Shown here: positions 26,306 to 39,571 of the stretch, piece by piece | Layout: each line of letters opens with the position of its first letter | Numbering within the stretch: position 1 is the first letter of the stretch | Source of the DNA: Octopus sinensis | Lineage: Eukaryota | DNA: 64,000 nucleotides | Direction: 5' to 3' | NCBI RefSeq assembly: GCF_006345805.1 | Contig: NC_043009.1 | Coordinates: forward strand, 48,918,001-48,982,000 | Program-made: the position numbers and the translations under genes | Notes under the pieces: model-generated | The model's input: only the letters and a program-made list of their open reading frames with translations | What the model was told of the DNA's origin: nothing | The model's database searches: none

Positions 26306-28410
26306 TTTAGTATAAATAATTTTGTGATATACATATAGTTATTGATATACGAGGTCATTTAGGCAAACCTCCATACAGTATACGAAATAATAAAAATTCA
26401 AACATTTTAGAGACCAATATATTTATTAGAAAGTATTTCTGCCCTTTTGTGTTGTCATAACAAATCTAATCTATATTCTGTCAGTCACGAGAATACACGT
26501 TTTTTTCTGCTTCACAGAAAAACTTAACGAAATCTTTGAAATATCTTCACATTGTATTTTCAGTAAAGCTGTCTATACATAATGACGGGGAAAGTTTTAC
26601 CTTAGCCAACCTCTGACTGTTACCATGATGTTGAATCAAAGCTAAGAATTAAAAGTAAAAACAAATACCAAGTAATCTATAGTGGTGCCTTCCTCGAAGT
26701 TATTTCTTTTTCTCAGGGTATGTTCAATGAGATGACTCCATTTCTCTCGTAGACTTAGATTTAGCCTTTACACAATACTTAAGATATAATAACAGGCCAT
26801 TTAAGTTTCATCAATACACAGTAATCTACACTCCGTCTAAAATGCAAATAGCTGTTGTGTATGTAGTTAGTTCTGTTTATGTGTGTATGCATGTGCGTTT
26901 TTCTGTGTGTGTCTGTGTGCGTCTGTCTGTTTATTACCTAACCCCTTGGAACTTTTCAGCACCTACTCACTACGTTTCTTTACAAGCCATTCCCCTCATC
27001 CCTTCGTCTCTGGCCCTTGGCAATTCCTCTATTATTAACACACTTTCCGTCTGGTTACTCTCTCTCTCTTTTATTCTCTCTTCCTTTCTCTCAATCTCCC
27101 ATATTATCTCTTTCCTACCCATCACACTTTTCAAACCTATGTTCTTAGCGCAATTTTAAAAGCATTATTTAACCTCCAACGCAGGAATTTTACTCGAAAT
27201 CTAAGTACTCACGCCTTCCCACGACGTACGAATCTTTCCTCGTTTCGAACTATAATTAAGAACTGTTAGAGTTTGTCGACCAAATATCTCGTGCTTCTCT
27301 GTAAAATTATTTCTTAAAGAATGCCTGACTATAAAGGTTTATTTTGCTGTTTATATTCAACGCCATCATCGCCACTTCCTATTATCACCTCTTCGTATTC
27401 GAAGTCTTACTTTACGAGTTTCTTCTTGCTTCATCGCATCAAACATAGAATGCAAAAGACAATTCTTTAAGATGCATGAGATAGCAGAAACACCACCTGT
27501 CATCTAATTGAGGAATTAACAAGTCAAAATCTTGACATTTTTATTCCATTTGGCTCTTAACGGGAGAAGAAGAAGAAAAATAAAAAAAGAATGGAAGCCA
27601 AGGAGTTTTCATTCAGCAGTTTCGATATCTACGAACTTTGTTCAGTGTCATTCAGATATATTTTACTAAAGATTAGACATATCAATAAGGCGTAAAGTTT
27701 GACATTCCGCGCTATTAACCTCGTATTATAAAGTCCAGAGTTTACGCAGCCCAAAACACAGTGAAAGGTATTGAAACGCGAATAAAGAGATTTAATTGTC
27801 CATGAATGTTAAACTCTTGGCCATTATTCATCTCAAGAATTTACATATGTATCATAGACATAATCTCTCATTTCAATTCCAGCTGATTGCTAAGGCTTCT
27901 CTTATCGACATCCTTCAAGCTTATTTACATCTTAACTTCTTTTATTCTTTCACTTTTTCTTCTTACATCTACTCAGCGTTACTCTACTATCACTGCTTGT
28001 ATAATACTGTTCTATCATGTCGCCTAAACACTCATGTATCAGATACACAACTGCATTCTCGACACTATGTAATATATCTAAGGCAAGTCAACTTGAATTT
28101 ATCAAACTCCACTTTTTAAGGTGAACTGAATGGGTCTCCGTCGATGTCGGCGTACCTGTGGATAAAGTGTTTGCAGCCGTTATAATGAAATCAAAATTTC
28201 TATACGTATCTGGATGTTAAGACATATCGCATAATATATTCCAAAGTAACCTGAAACAGAATGCATTGTCGATACGGTTGACTAAACAGATGCAGCGAAT
28301 GTAAAAATATTGAATCAATTTTCTATATAAGAAAGTAGAGGCGACTACCAATATAGAATTGTAACCAAGTCGAAATGTTTCGTACCATAGAGTTGAATAT
28401 TTGTTTATTG

Positions 28411-28838
28411 TTTTATCTGTTTCAGTCATTTGACTGTGGCCATGCTAGAGCATCGCCTTCAATTTTTTTTTTATTATTAGTCGAAGAAACCAAGCCCGGG
28501 ACTTATTCTTTGTAAGCCAAGCATTTACTCTATTGGTTTCTTTGCCGAACCGCTAGGTTACGGGAACGTAAACACACCAACATCAGTTTTCAAGCGATGA
28601 TGGTGGGGTGGGGATGCAAACACAGACACAAAATCATACACACGCATAAATACATGCGCACACAGGCACAAACACTACGGGCTTCTTTCAATGTCCATCT
28701 AAGAAATCCACTCACAAGGCTTTGGTCGTTCTGAGGCTATGGTAGAAGAAATTTAACTAAGGTGCCACGCAGTGGGACGGAACCCATAACCACGTTATTG
28801 GGAAGCAAAATTCTTATCTCACAGCCACGCCTACGCCT
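28411..28838 (-). mobile_element. SINE family A
   Basis: Tail, body and head are colinear with the other copies. Confidence 0.85.
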
Positions 28839-29303
28839 ATACATATTATGTTCATATATTTTGAGCTCCCTTTGGGTAAGATTAATAACTCATGAATTAT
28901 CAGTAACATCTTATTATGAACCAAAAGGTGGGGCATTGTTGTAGCTCAACCTGCTAGAAATAGCAGTCAACTCTCCATCAAATATCATTCTACTGTTTTT
29001 GAGGGCCAGTGACAACTTTGTCTACGAGGGTGAATTTTAATACATCCTACATCACTCCCACCTCTACCATCGAGAAAAAGGCCAAGAACGAGCCAAGTAG
29101 ACTGATCGTTGTAGCTTGGCTTGCAAGAAATAGCTGTCATAGGCTCCCTCAAATCATTAAATGACATGATTCTGTCATTTAGTATATAAAGGTGATCGGC
29201 TCATTGGAGAACATAGGCCAAAATGACTCTGAGAAACGTCATGGCCACAGCTGGGTTCCACCATACTTTGGTCTCGCGAGAGTTTGAAATGGAGGTCGTT
29301 ACA

Positions 29304-29375
<72 letters not shown>

Positions 29376-29931
29376 ACTGCCGCTACTACTACTACTACTG
29401 CTACTACTACTACTACTACTACCACTACTGCTCAGTACAAAACTAAAAAAGAGAAAAACAGCAGTGAAGAGTCTACACATATATCGATTTAAAGCAAAAA
29501 AAAAAAGATATATTGTGAAAGAACAATACACAAAATAATAAAATAAAAATAGAGAATACCTATAAAGACAACAGCAACAATGACAAGAAGATGTAATATA
29601 TTGTTTCATTCTTTACTTGCCTTCCATTTCGTGCCGTCATTATTGTTGTTATTGTTGTTGTTGTTCTTGCTGCTAGTGGTGGTGGCGGTGGTGGTGTCTT
29701 GTTTTTGAAGTTATGAGTCTGTGTGCAATAGAAGGATCCAGGAATAACAGCAAAGGATCAATCAATAAGAGAGAATAATACAGCTTCATCATTAGGGATA
29801 GATGATGATTTGACTTCAAATACACGCTATTGGTTTACACCTATGGAGAGAGAGAAAGGAAAGTAGGGTGAAAGAGGCTTACAAAAAAACATATATATCT
29901 ATGTATATATACGTGTGTGTTCGTGTTAGTG

Positions 29932-29992
<61 letters not shown>

Positions 29993-30035
29993 GTGTATGT
30001 ATGTATATATATGTATGTATATGTATATATCTATA

Positions 30036-30109
<74 letters not shown>

Positions 30110-30881
30110 GCGTATATATATGTATATATGATATATATATACAACATATACATATATATATGTACGGATGCATATATATACACACACACACGACATATAC
30201 ATATATATATGTATATGTATCTCTCTCTCTCTTTATATATATATATATATATATTTATGAAAGCATGCTTGTACGTACGTATGTATGGAGAAATATTGTT
30301 GTATGTCTCCGATATTCCAAAAGAGAATTATTAGATATTAGATAGCGCTCAAAGTAGTATACTTCTGTAACAAGTATCGTTCATTATCACATAGCAAGTA
30401 TAAAGTGGTGGGAGGGAGTGTGATGACTAGGAGCGGGGAGAGGTGAGAGGGAGGGAAAGGGAAAGGAGAAAAAATACACAGAGGTAAAACTGATCATAAG
30501 TGACATAAAGAAAACAGCTAAATGAAAGCTAATTAATGGTGTAAGGATTATTTTTTATTTTGTTCTTCTTTAGCTTTTTTTTCCCAAAATTACTGGTTAC
30601 TTATATACAGATTAGTTTATGAAGGTGCGTTGTGTGTAGATGTGTAAGTGTGTGTATGTGTGTTTGTGTGTCATGTGTGTCATGTGTGTATGTATGCATG
30701 TATGTTGTTGTGAGTGTATGTGTGAATTTATGCATGTACCAATGTATATGTGAAGGCAGGTAAGTTGTGATATCCGTATGCTTATACATATATACATGCA
30801 TAGATATATATATATACATATATACATTATATATATATATATATATATATATACATTTATACATAAATACATACATATACA

Positions 30882-30919
<38 letters not shown>

Positions 30920-31306
30920 TATGAAGATGGATGGATATGAATATATATATGTATAATATGTATATATAATATCGAAGTTCTATATATATAACTACGTATA
31001 CATATGTCCATACATACCTATATATATATATATATATATATATAAAGAGAAAGAGTGAGAGAGAGAGAGAGAGAGAGTATACGTGTATATATTATATATA
31101 TATTATATATATATATTTATAGGTTATATATTTATATTTAGGCATATTTATATGTATGTATAAATACAAATACGTATGTTTATGGTTTATGTATATAAAT
31201 ATATAGATATATGTGTGTTTGTGAGAATGTAGATTATTGATGTATAGTCAAATGATATCACTACTGACACTGCTGTAGCTACTACTACTACTGCTACTAC
31301 TACTTA

Positions 31307-31342
<36 letters not shown>

Positions 31343-31399
31343 TGATAATAATAACAGCAGCAGTAGTAGTAGTAGCAGCAGCAGCAGCAGCAGCAGCAT

Positions 31400-31431
<32 letters not shown>

Positions 31432-31478
31432 GTAGCTGCAGCAGCAGCAGTAGCAGTAGTAGTGGTAGTAGCAGCAGC

Positions 31479-31534
<56 letters not shown>

Positions 31535-31784
31535 AGACATTATATGCGTCTCTCTCTCACTCTCTTTCTTTTCCTCTCTTTCTCTCTCTCTTCACCTGCT
31601 CTCTGACAAACCGACAAATCAACTAACAAACTAAACGTCCAGCCAGCAAACCGATCAACCAGTCACCCAGTCACCAAGCCGCCCAACCAGCCAACCAGCC
31701 GCCTAACCAACAAAACTGACTTTGATAGCTTCAAAGGCAACGCAACAAATCAAATAAAGGAATTAGTATATTATAAAAAAAAAA

Positions 31785-31823
<39 letters not shown>

Positions 31824-32189
31824 CAAAACACAAAAGAAATATACAAAAAATATATACAAAAATAGGAAATCAAAACAACTGATAATATACATATACATAT
31901 ATATATATATATGTATACATATGTATATATATATATATATAATGTATATGTGTGTGTACATACATATATATAATGTAATATATATATATATATGCGCATG
32001 TGTATATATATATGTATGCATGTATATATATATATATATTATATATATGTGTGTGTACATACATATATATAATGTAATATATATATATATATATATATAT
32101 ATGCGTATGTGTGTATATATATATATGTGTATGTAGTATATATATATATACTTATGTATATATATACACGTATGTTATATACACTTATG

Positions 32190-32220
<31 letters not shown>

Positions 32221-32266
32221 ATATGTATATATATGTATATATATATAATATATATTATATATATAT

Positions 32267-32308
<42 letters not shown>

Positions 32309-32336
32309 GCATGTATGTATAAATATATATATATAT

Positions 32337-33250
32337 ATGTGCGAACACACACACATACACATATTTGTATATATACGTATATACACTAGCAAAATGACTG
32401 TCCTTGATTCCCTACCAGACAGTGAATATCTCCTTGTCAATAACTTATTGTTGTTGAAATCGTTATGTCATTATTAGTAGTAATACTATTATCATTGGTT
32501 ACGCTGGTGTTAATGGCGGCGATAGTGTTGGTGATGTGTCTTTATTAACATCACCTCCCTACTATTTATTTTTTATTGTACTTTATTTGTTTCTTCGGCG
32601 TTTTTTTTCTTGTTATACTTTTTTTTTCATTTACATCCGCACTTCGTTATTATTTTTGGTGTTTTTTTCACTATCGTTATCTATAGTTTCAAAACGGCTA
32701 CTGACTGACATGAACGATCGCTTGTGAAAGAAAGCTAAGCCACGCTGATATATATATATATATATGCATGTATGTATGTATATATATATATATTATGTGC
32801 GAACACACACACATACACATATTTGTATATATACGTATATACACTAGCAAAATGACTGTCCTTGATTCCCTACCAGACAGTGAATATCTCCTTGTCAATA
32901 ACTTATTTGTTGTTGAAATCGTTATGTCATTATTAGTAGTAATACTATTATCATTGGTTACGCTGGTGTTAATGGCGGCGATAGTGTTGGTGATGTGTCT
33001 TTATTAACATCACCTCCCTACTATTTATTTTTTATTGTACTTTATTTGTTTCTTCGGCGTTTTTTTTCTTGTTATACTTTTTTTTTCATTTACATCCGCA
33101 CTTCGTTATTATTTTTGGTGTTTTTTTCACTATCGTTATCTATAGTTTCAAAACGGCTACTGACTGACATGAAACGATCGCTTGTGAAAGAAAGCTAAGC
33201 CACGCTGATATATATATATATATATGCATGTATGTATGTATATATATATA
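32337..33250. repeat. Near-identical tandem duplication, period about 458 bp
   Basis: atgtgcgaacacac...ctagcaaaatgactgtccttgattccc...gaaagctaagccacgctg starts at 32337 and 32795. Confidence 0.9.
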
Positions 33251-33272
33251 TATATATGTACATATATATATA

Positions 33273-33316
<44 letters not shown>

Positions 33317-33335
33317 ATATTATATATATATATAT

Positions 33336-33382
<47 letters not shown>

Positions 33383-33653
33383 CATACATATACATATGTA
33401 TGTGTATATATATATTATATTATATATATATATATATACATATATGTACATATATATATGTATATATAGATATATATACATATATATATACACACATATA
33501 TATGCATATATATACATATATATACATATACGTATATAGGTACAAATACTCATACTTATGTATACTTAATTATACCTACATACATATATCGCACACTTAT
33601 ACCTATGCGTATGTATACAAGTATATGTGTGTATGTGTGTATGTGTTTGTATA

Positions 33654-33691
<38 letters not shown>

Positions 33692-35719
33692 CATGTATAT
33701 ATGAATATATGTATGTATGTATGTTTGTTTGTGTATATATGTCTGTACATTCGTATTTATTATGAAACTATAGAAAAGAAAAGATAATGCGATATCAATT
33801 TTAACCAATTTATTCCAATATTAAATCTCATTTCGAGCTGACGATGATAACCCTCGAATATTCCAGCTTTGATCATACCGATTCCACCCTCTGCCAATCC
33901 ATACTCTTTTTGCGTATATATTTGACGCTGTAAAGCAAATGCAATATTCATAACAGAGACGAAAAAAAAAACCCCCGCAATAATAATAATCATAATAATA
34001 ATAATAATAATAATATAATAATAATAATAATAATAATAATAGTAGTAGTAATAATCAATTCAAAAGTAAAAAGAAAGGGAAGAAAATTTTAGACAGAGAA
34101 AAATAGCTAAATGATAAAGATACGTATAAGACAAGACAAAGTATAAAATAAATCTCGCCCGAACTCTCGCGTCAGGTATTTACGGTTGTGAATCAATTAA
34201 GGGGGTCAGCTACGATTAAAAGCTTTTGTATCACTATAATTAGTCGCTGAGAACATTATGTGAACCTTGAGTTGAGTAAATGTTGTTAGAATCGATTGGC
34301 TACTTGTAATAGAAATATATCTGTTTATTTCATTTTCAAGAGGAATCAGCAGCTAAGAATTCTTTTGTGGGAATTAAAAAAAAATTAAGAGACAAAAAAA
34401 GAAAAGCAGTTTTAAATGAATATTTACAAAAGATGGAAAAGTTAGTGGGGGTGGGGGGAAAATAGAACTAACTACAAAGAAAATTTAATGATTTAATTTT
34501 CATTCTGTGCTTTTTTGTTTTTAGCGTTGCTTTTGCTATTAGTTTTGTTGTTGTTATTGGTGTTGGTGTTGGTGTTGGTGGTGGTACGGTTGCTTTTATA
34601 ACAGTAACTCTTTGAGGTAGATATTTTCTAAAGAATATTAATGAAAGAACTACTTTCTTTTCTTTCAAAATAAAAAAAACGGAACCTTATACTTATACTA
34701 TATGCGTTTTCTTTATACAAATATAAAAGAAAAATTTGCAAAAATGAAAACGATATAAAAACGGAAAGAAAACAATATTACACAGGCGGTACAACAACAG
34801 TAATAACAACAATAAAAACAATAAAAGCATAATGAACTAATTAAGAAAACGTTCTCTGTGGTACGAGCAAAAGATCAATTATTTTGAACAGTGTTATGGC
34901 GACATACTTTCACGTATAAAACGGCCATTTTTTTCCTTCTTTGTTTGGTTACTGGGTATGGATGATCAAAGGGTCAAAGGTCATGACATTCCCTCAAATA
35001 CTTCCTTAAACATCATTGACATTTCAGTTTCCCTTCTAGAGAATAAGGTAAGTGATTTTGCTGTAGATCACCTCCATACTGTTGCTGCTGCTGCTACTCC
35101 TACTGATGATGGTGACGATGATGTTGCATGTGCCTTCTATCTAGTACCCCTTCTCTCATTAAGTCAGTCTTAATCGAAAAGATAAAAGTACACTCACCAT
35201 GAGCTCCGATTCATTTCTATATCTGACTGTATCGTCCAAGGCGTCCTTCTCTTTTTAAGACTGCGCGGTATGACTTGAAGAAAATATGCTGTTGTTGAGA
35301 CCGTAGAAGTCTCTTGGTTGCTTCTCCAACACATTTGCTCGATACATAGACTGACATTGATTTCTCCCTGTCATACAGCAGAGATTCAGCTCCAAAGGGA
35401 AAGAAAGAAGGGAGATTTGTAAAGTTCAAGAATTATTTTCTGTAATATTCCGACTGTAACAATCAGAACTTTACAGAAAACATAGGAAATATAATGGAAT
35501 CGTGAGGTATGTGTATTGTCTCTCTCATTTCATTATTGCTGATAGTGTTTGTTGCTTTATTCTATTGAACAAAACTCTAAGAGTTAAAGATGTTTTATAT
35601 GACACATTGTACCAGCGTCCGAAGTTTGTAAGTGTTTAGTTACAAAAATTTACTTTGAAAAATCTGTCGGTCAAAAGGTAAAGATCCAGATGAAGTCTAG
35701 GTTAGGTGTGGTCAGTGGT

Positions 35720-35840
35720 CAGGCGGGGCTGTGTGGTAAGAAGCTTGCTTCCCAACTACATGGCTTCGGATCCAGTCCCACTGTGTGGCACCTTGGACAA
35801 AGTGCCTTTGCTATAGCCTCAGGCCGATCAAAGCCTTCGT
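35720..35840 (+). mobile_element. SINE family A 5' portion
   Basis: ggctgtgtggtaagaagcttgcttcccaactacatggcttcggatccagtcccactgtgtggcaccttggacaaag. Confidence 0.7.
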
Positions 35841-36265
35841 TTTCGATTATACGTCGGTTTCCAAAGATAATATATGGAAAAATAAAAGTCAAGTTAAGTC
35901 ATTTTACTCGATTTACGTTGGTCCGCCACAAATATTGGAATCGTAAAATCACTAGAAAACCATTAAAAGCACATAAAATCATGTTACTGTACAATAAATA
36001 CGAATAGAAGCATAAAAATATGTACAGTAACTGTTAAGATTCACCTCATAAAGTAGAGTAGCCTAGTGAACGAAATCATGAAATCAGCTGTGTTGCCTTA
36101 CTTATCGGTCTTTCGGAGCTCATATTGTACTGTCGTTCAAAAATCTACTGTTAGGCGTCGTTGTCACTCGTGATTCCTGCAATTGTTTTGAATTAAGATT
36201 TTTTTAGGTGTATTTATCGGCTACTTTCTCATTCTCATTCATTTGTGACTTTATTTTTTGCCTCC

Positions 36266-37304
36266 CTGGCTCCTAAGAAAATTCATAGTGAAAGTGCTAA
36301 GCGTCGTGCTATAACGCTGGAAGATAAACTGGCTATGATAAAACAATATGTAAAAGATGAAGAAGTGGTAGCAATTGCACGATTTTCTGGACAACTGTAT
36401 CGACGATTGTACATAATAAGGGCAATATTTTGGCACATATAAAATCTGAAGCCCAAGGGATGAAGAGCTGTCGCCAATAAGAAAAGAGGTAAGATCTTTG
36501 AAGAAATGGAAAGCCTTCTTTCTCTTTGGATTGTTAGGTTGAATCGTCAGCGTGCTACTATTAGTCAAGAAACCATTGAAGAGAAAGCGTTGTCTTTGAG
36601 GACCTGAAGAAAAAATATCCAGATGAGAAAGATATAGAATTCAAGGCAAATCAAAGATGGTTCATGAGATTTAAGGAGCGAAGAAGTTGTCACTCCATTA
36701 AGCAGCAATGTGAAAGTGCATCAGCTGACGAACAAGCAGAAGCGGAATTTCCTAATGCATTAAAGAAAATCATTGAAGAAAACGGATTTCTTTCCAAACA
36801 GATTTTTCAACGTAGACGAAACTGGATTGTATTGGAAAAAATTGCCAGACCATTCATTCATTTCCAAGGAGGAGAAAACTATTTCAGGCTACAAGGTCTC
36901 AAAAGAACGTGTGACCATTATGTTGGGAGGTGCAGGAGATTTTAAGTTAAAGCCATTGCTTATGAATCGCTGCACACAACCCTCGTGCTCTGAAGAACAT
37001 ACCCAAGGCATCTCTCCCTGTTATATGGATGGCTAATTCAAAAGCATGGGTTACTGTTGTTTTTGAAGATTAGTTCCTCAATCATTTTATCCCAGTAGCA
37101 GAGAAGTACTGTAAGAAGAAGAGACTTACTTTTAAGGTTTTACTTATCTTAGATAATGCTCCAAGCCACCCGCAAAACATCGTAAATTTTGACCCCATCG
37201 TTACCGTCGTATACCTCCCTCCGAACACCACGTCTCTTCTGCAGCCAATGGATCAGGGAATAATTGCTATCATCAAGCGATGCTATATGAAGCGTACACA
37301 ATAA
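36266..37304 (+). pseudogene. pogo/Tigger-family transposase pseudogene (psq-type HTH, CENP-B HTH, DDE_1), frameshifted and C-terminally truncated
   Basis: (CTG)APKK...RRAITLEDKLAMIK, EMESLLSLWI, FKANQRWFMRFKER, FNVDETGLYWKKLP, SKERVTIML, LLILDNAPSHP, NTTSLLQPMDQG. Multiple frameshifts and stops. Confidence 0.9.
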
Positions 37305-37577
37305 CTGCAAAACTTGCCTAACATGCTACGCTGTTGAACTGAATCCGAAGCTAGAAGATGCAATGCGAGCTTTTTTTAAGTGCACAACCATGCATACGCT
37401 TTATATCCTCGCTTTTCCATATTAATAACTACTATCTTTTATCAATAAAACAGAGTTGTGACATAAGAGTTATGTGTGCTTGCTGTTGTTATATAATTTC
37501 GTGTCAGCTGACTGTACAAACTTTGAAAAATGTATTCCAGCTTATTACTGATTCTTTTCTGGATATGGGGTTAATTC

Positions 37578-37974
37578 TTTTACTCTTTTTACTCTTTTAC
37601 TTGTTTCAGTCATTTGACTGCGGCCATGCTGGAGCACCGCCTTTAATCGAGCAACTCGACCCCGGGACTTATTCTTTTGTAAGCTCAGTACTTATTCTAT
37701 CGGTCTCTTTTGCCAAACCGCTAAGTGACGGGGACATAAACACACCAGCATCGGTTGTCAAGCAATGCTAGGGGGACAAACTCAGACACACAAACACACA
37801 CACGCATATATATATATATACATATATACGACGGGCTTCTTTCAGTTTCCGTCTACCAAATCCACTCACAAGGCTTTGGTCAGCCCGAGGCTATAGTAGA
37901 AGACACTTACATAAGGTGCCACGCAGTGGGACTGAACCCGGAACCATGCGGTTGGTTCAGCCACTCCTGCGCCT
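37578..37974 (-). mobile_element. SINE family A, well preserved
   Basis: Complete from the tail to the head ccactcctgcgcct. Confidence 0.9.
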
Positions 37975-38088
37975 ATCCCGGTATCACGTTGTATCCTTAA
38001 TTGTTCATATAATTTAAACTTATTTCATATACAGCATTAACATAAATTATCTTTACAGTTCCTCAATTTATTATATCTATTAAAGTTA

Positions 38089-38636
38089 GTGAAAGCACGA
38101 GGCTTAGGGGTTAGGTTATCCGATTCACGATTGTAAGGTCGTGACTTCAATTCCCGGTATCACGTTGTATCCTTAAGCAAGACACTTTACTTCACTTTTC
38201 CTCAGTCCACTCAGCTGGCAAAAATGAATAGTACCTGTAATGCATTCTGTGTCACGCTGAATCTCCCTGTTAACTACGCTAAGGGTACACGTGTCTGTGT
38301 AGCGTTCAGTCATCTGTACGTTAATTTCACGAGCAGGCTATACCTATTTCTTTATTACCCACAAGGGGCTAAACATAGAGGGGACAAACAAGGATAGACA
38401 TAGGTATTAAGTCGATTACATTGACCCCAGTGCGTGACTGGTACTTAATTTATCGACCTCGAAAGGATGAAAGGCAAAGTCGACCTTGGCGGAATTTGAA
38501 CACACAACGTAACGGCAGACGAAATACGGCTACGCATTTCGCCCGGCGTGCTAACGTTTTTGCCAGCTCTCCGCAGGCTATACCGTTCATCGGATCAATT
38601 GGAATCCTCGTCGTCGTAAGTGACGGAGTACCAGTA
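38089..38636 (+). mobile_element. SINE family C (M1 + tail T2), interrupted by a family B insertion
   Basis: tRNA-like head, CORE-like cttaagcaagacactttacttcac...agtccactcagctggcaaaaatg, and tail gtgtcacgctgaatctccc...agggtacacgtgtctgtg that resumes at 38585. Confidence 0.8.
38345..38572 (-). mobile_element. SINE family B (with linker tail) with a 12-bp TSD
   Basis: TSD gcaggctatacc at 38333-38344 and 38573-38584. Confidence 0.9.
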
Positions 38637-38754
38637 ATTAAAGATAAGAGACATCAGTCAACATATTTGCATGTTATATTTACCGAAAAATGAATATAGC
38701 TACTGGAGGAAGTCATAAAATGTAAAAAAAAAAATAAAATAAAGAATGACGCTT

Positions 38755-39088
38755 TCCCAAATAAAACTTTCTCAAACCGGGGATTGGAAGAGGTTGTCAG
38801 GTTCCCTGGCTACCTGTCACGGATATAATCCCTCAAGATTTCTTATAAGGTTATATTAAAGACAGAGTCTATTACTGTTTTTACTGTTTTACTTGTTTCA
38901 GTCATTTGACTGAGGCCATTCTGGAGCACCGCCTTTAGTCGTGCAAATCGATCACAGGACTTATTCTTTGTAAGCCTAGTACTTATTCTATCGGTCACCA
39001 TTGCCGAACCGCTAAGATACGAGGACGTAAACACACCAACATCGGTTGTCAACCGATGTTGTGGTAACAAACACAGACACACACACAT

Positions 39089-39119
<31 letters not shown>

Positions 39120-39571
39120 CACATATATATACAACGGGCTTCTTTCAGTTTCCTTCTACCAAATGCACTCACAAGGCTTTGGTCGGCCCGAGGCTATAGT
39201 AGAAGACACTTTCCCAAGGTGCCACACAGTGGGACTGAACCCGGAACCGTGTGGCTGGTAAGCAAGCTACTTACCGCACAGCCACTCCTGCGTCTATTGT
39301 TCAAAAGTTCAAGACAACAATGATTTCAAGGAAAAATTACGCCAAGTCATCCAACGCTTATGAAGGGATGCTGCAACGCACTAGGTCGGAAATTGACCGA
39401 CGTCTAGATGCGCTGCGTGCAGCCAATGGACTCCACGCGGAAGTGCTTTGATCTCTCTAACAAATCATTATTTATTAACCTATATTTTTCAAGTAAACTC
39501 TACTGAGTTATCTTTATTTTTCATTTCCTACTGAATGTTTTAAACCATAAATGTAATTTATGGGCACTCTG
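38755..39571 (+). mobile_element. Tc1/mariner-superfamily (rosa/DD41D-like) transposase C-terminal fragment with right TIR, split by a SINE
   Basis: NKTFSNR.IGRG..VPWLP...DFL*GYIKDRVY | SINE | CSKVQDNNDFKEKLRQVIQ..GMLQRTRSEIDRRLDALRAANGLHAEVL*. The end tatgggcactctg is the rc of a CAG.GTGCCCATA-type TIR. The subfamily label is tentative. Confidence 0.7.
38874..39294 (-). mobile_element. SINE family A inserted in the transposase fragment
   Basis: Full-length. Flanked by gtctatt at 38867-38873 and 39292-39298. Confidence 0.9.

Larger units (their letters stand above)
18574..35200 (-). other. Speculative chain of small candidate exons (unrecognised 86-aa product)
   Basis: AG/GT-bounded segments at 33879-33927, 26601-26641, 25801-25815, 23572-23587, 23488-23506, 19865-19914 and 18574-18641 join in frame after ATG|gtgagt at 35198-35200. 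No homology is recognised, and chance assembly is plausible. Confidence 0.15.

Noticed and set aside
29216-29246. ggcca...gaaacgtc-atggcc hammerhead-like relic
   Set aside because: No CUGANGA equivalent, and the stem II loop is only 1 nt.
36025-37514. TA|CAGT...ACTG|TA as the Tigger TIRs
   Set aside because: Only 4 bp match beyond the TA, which is too short to call.
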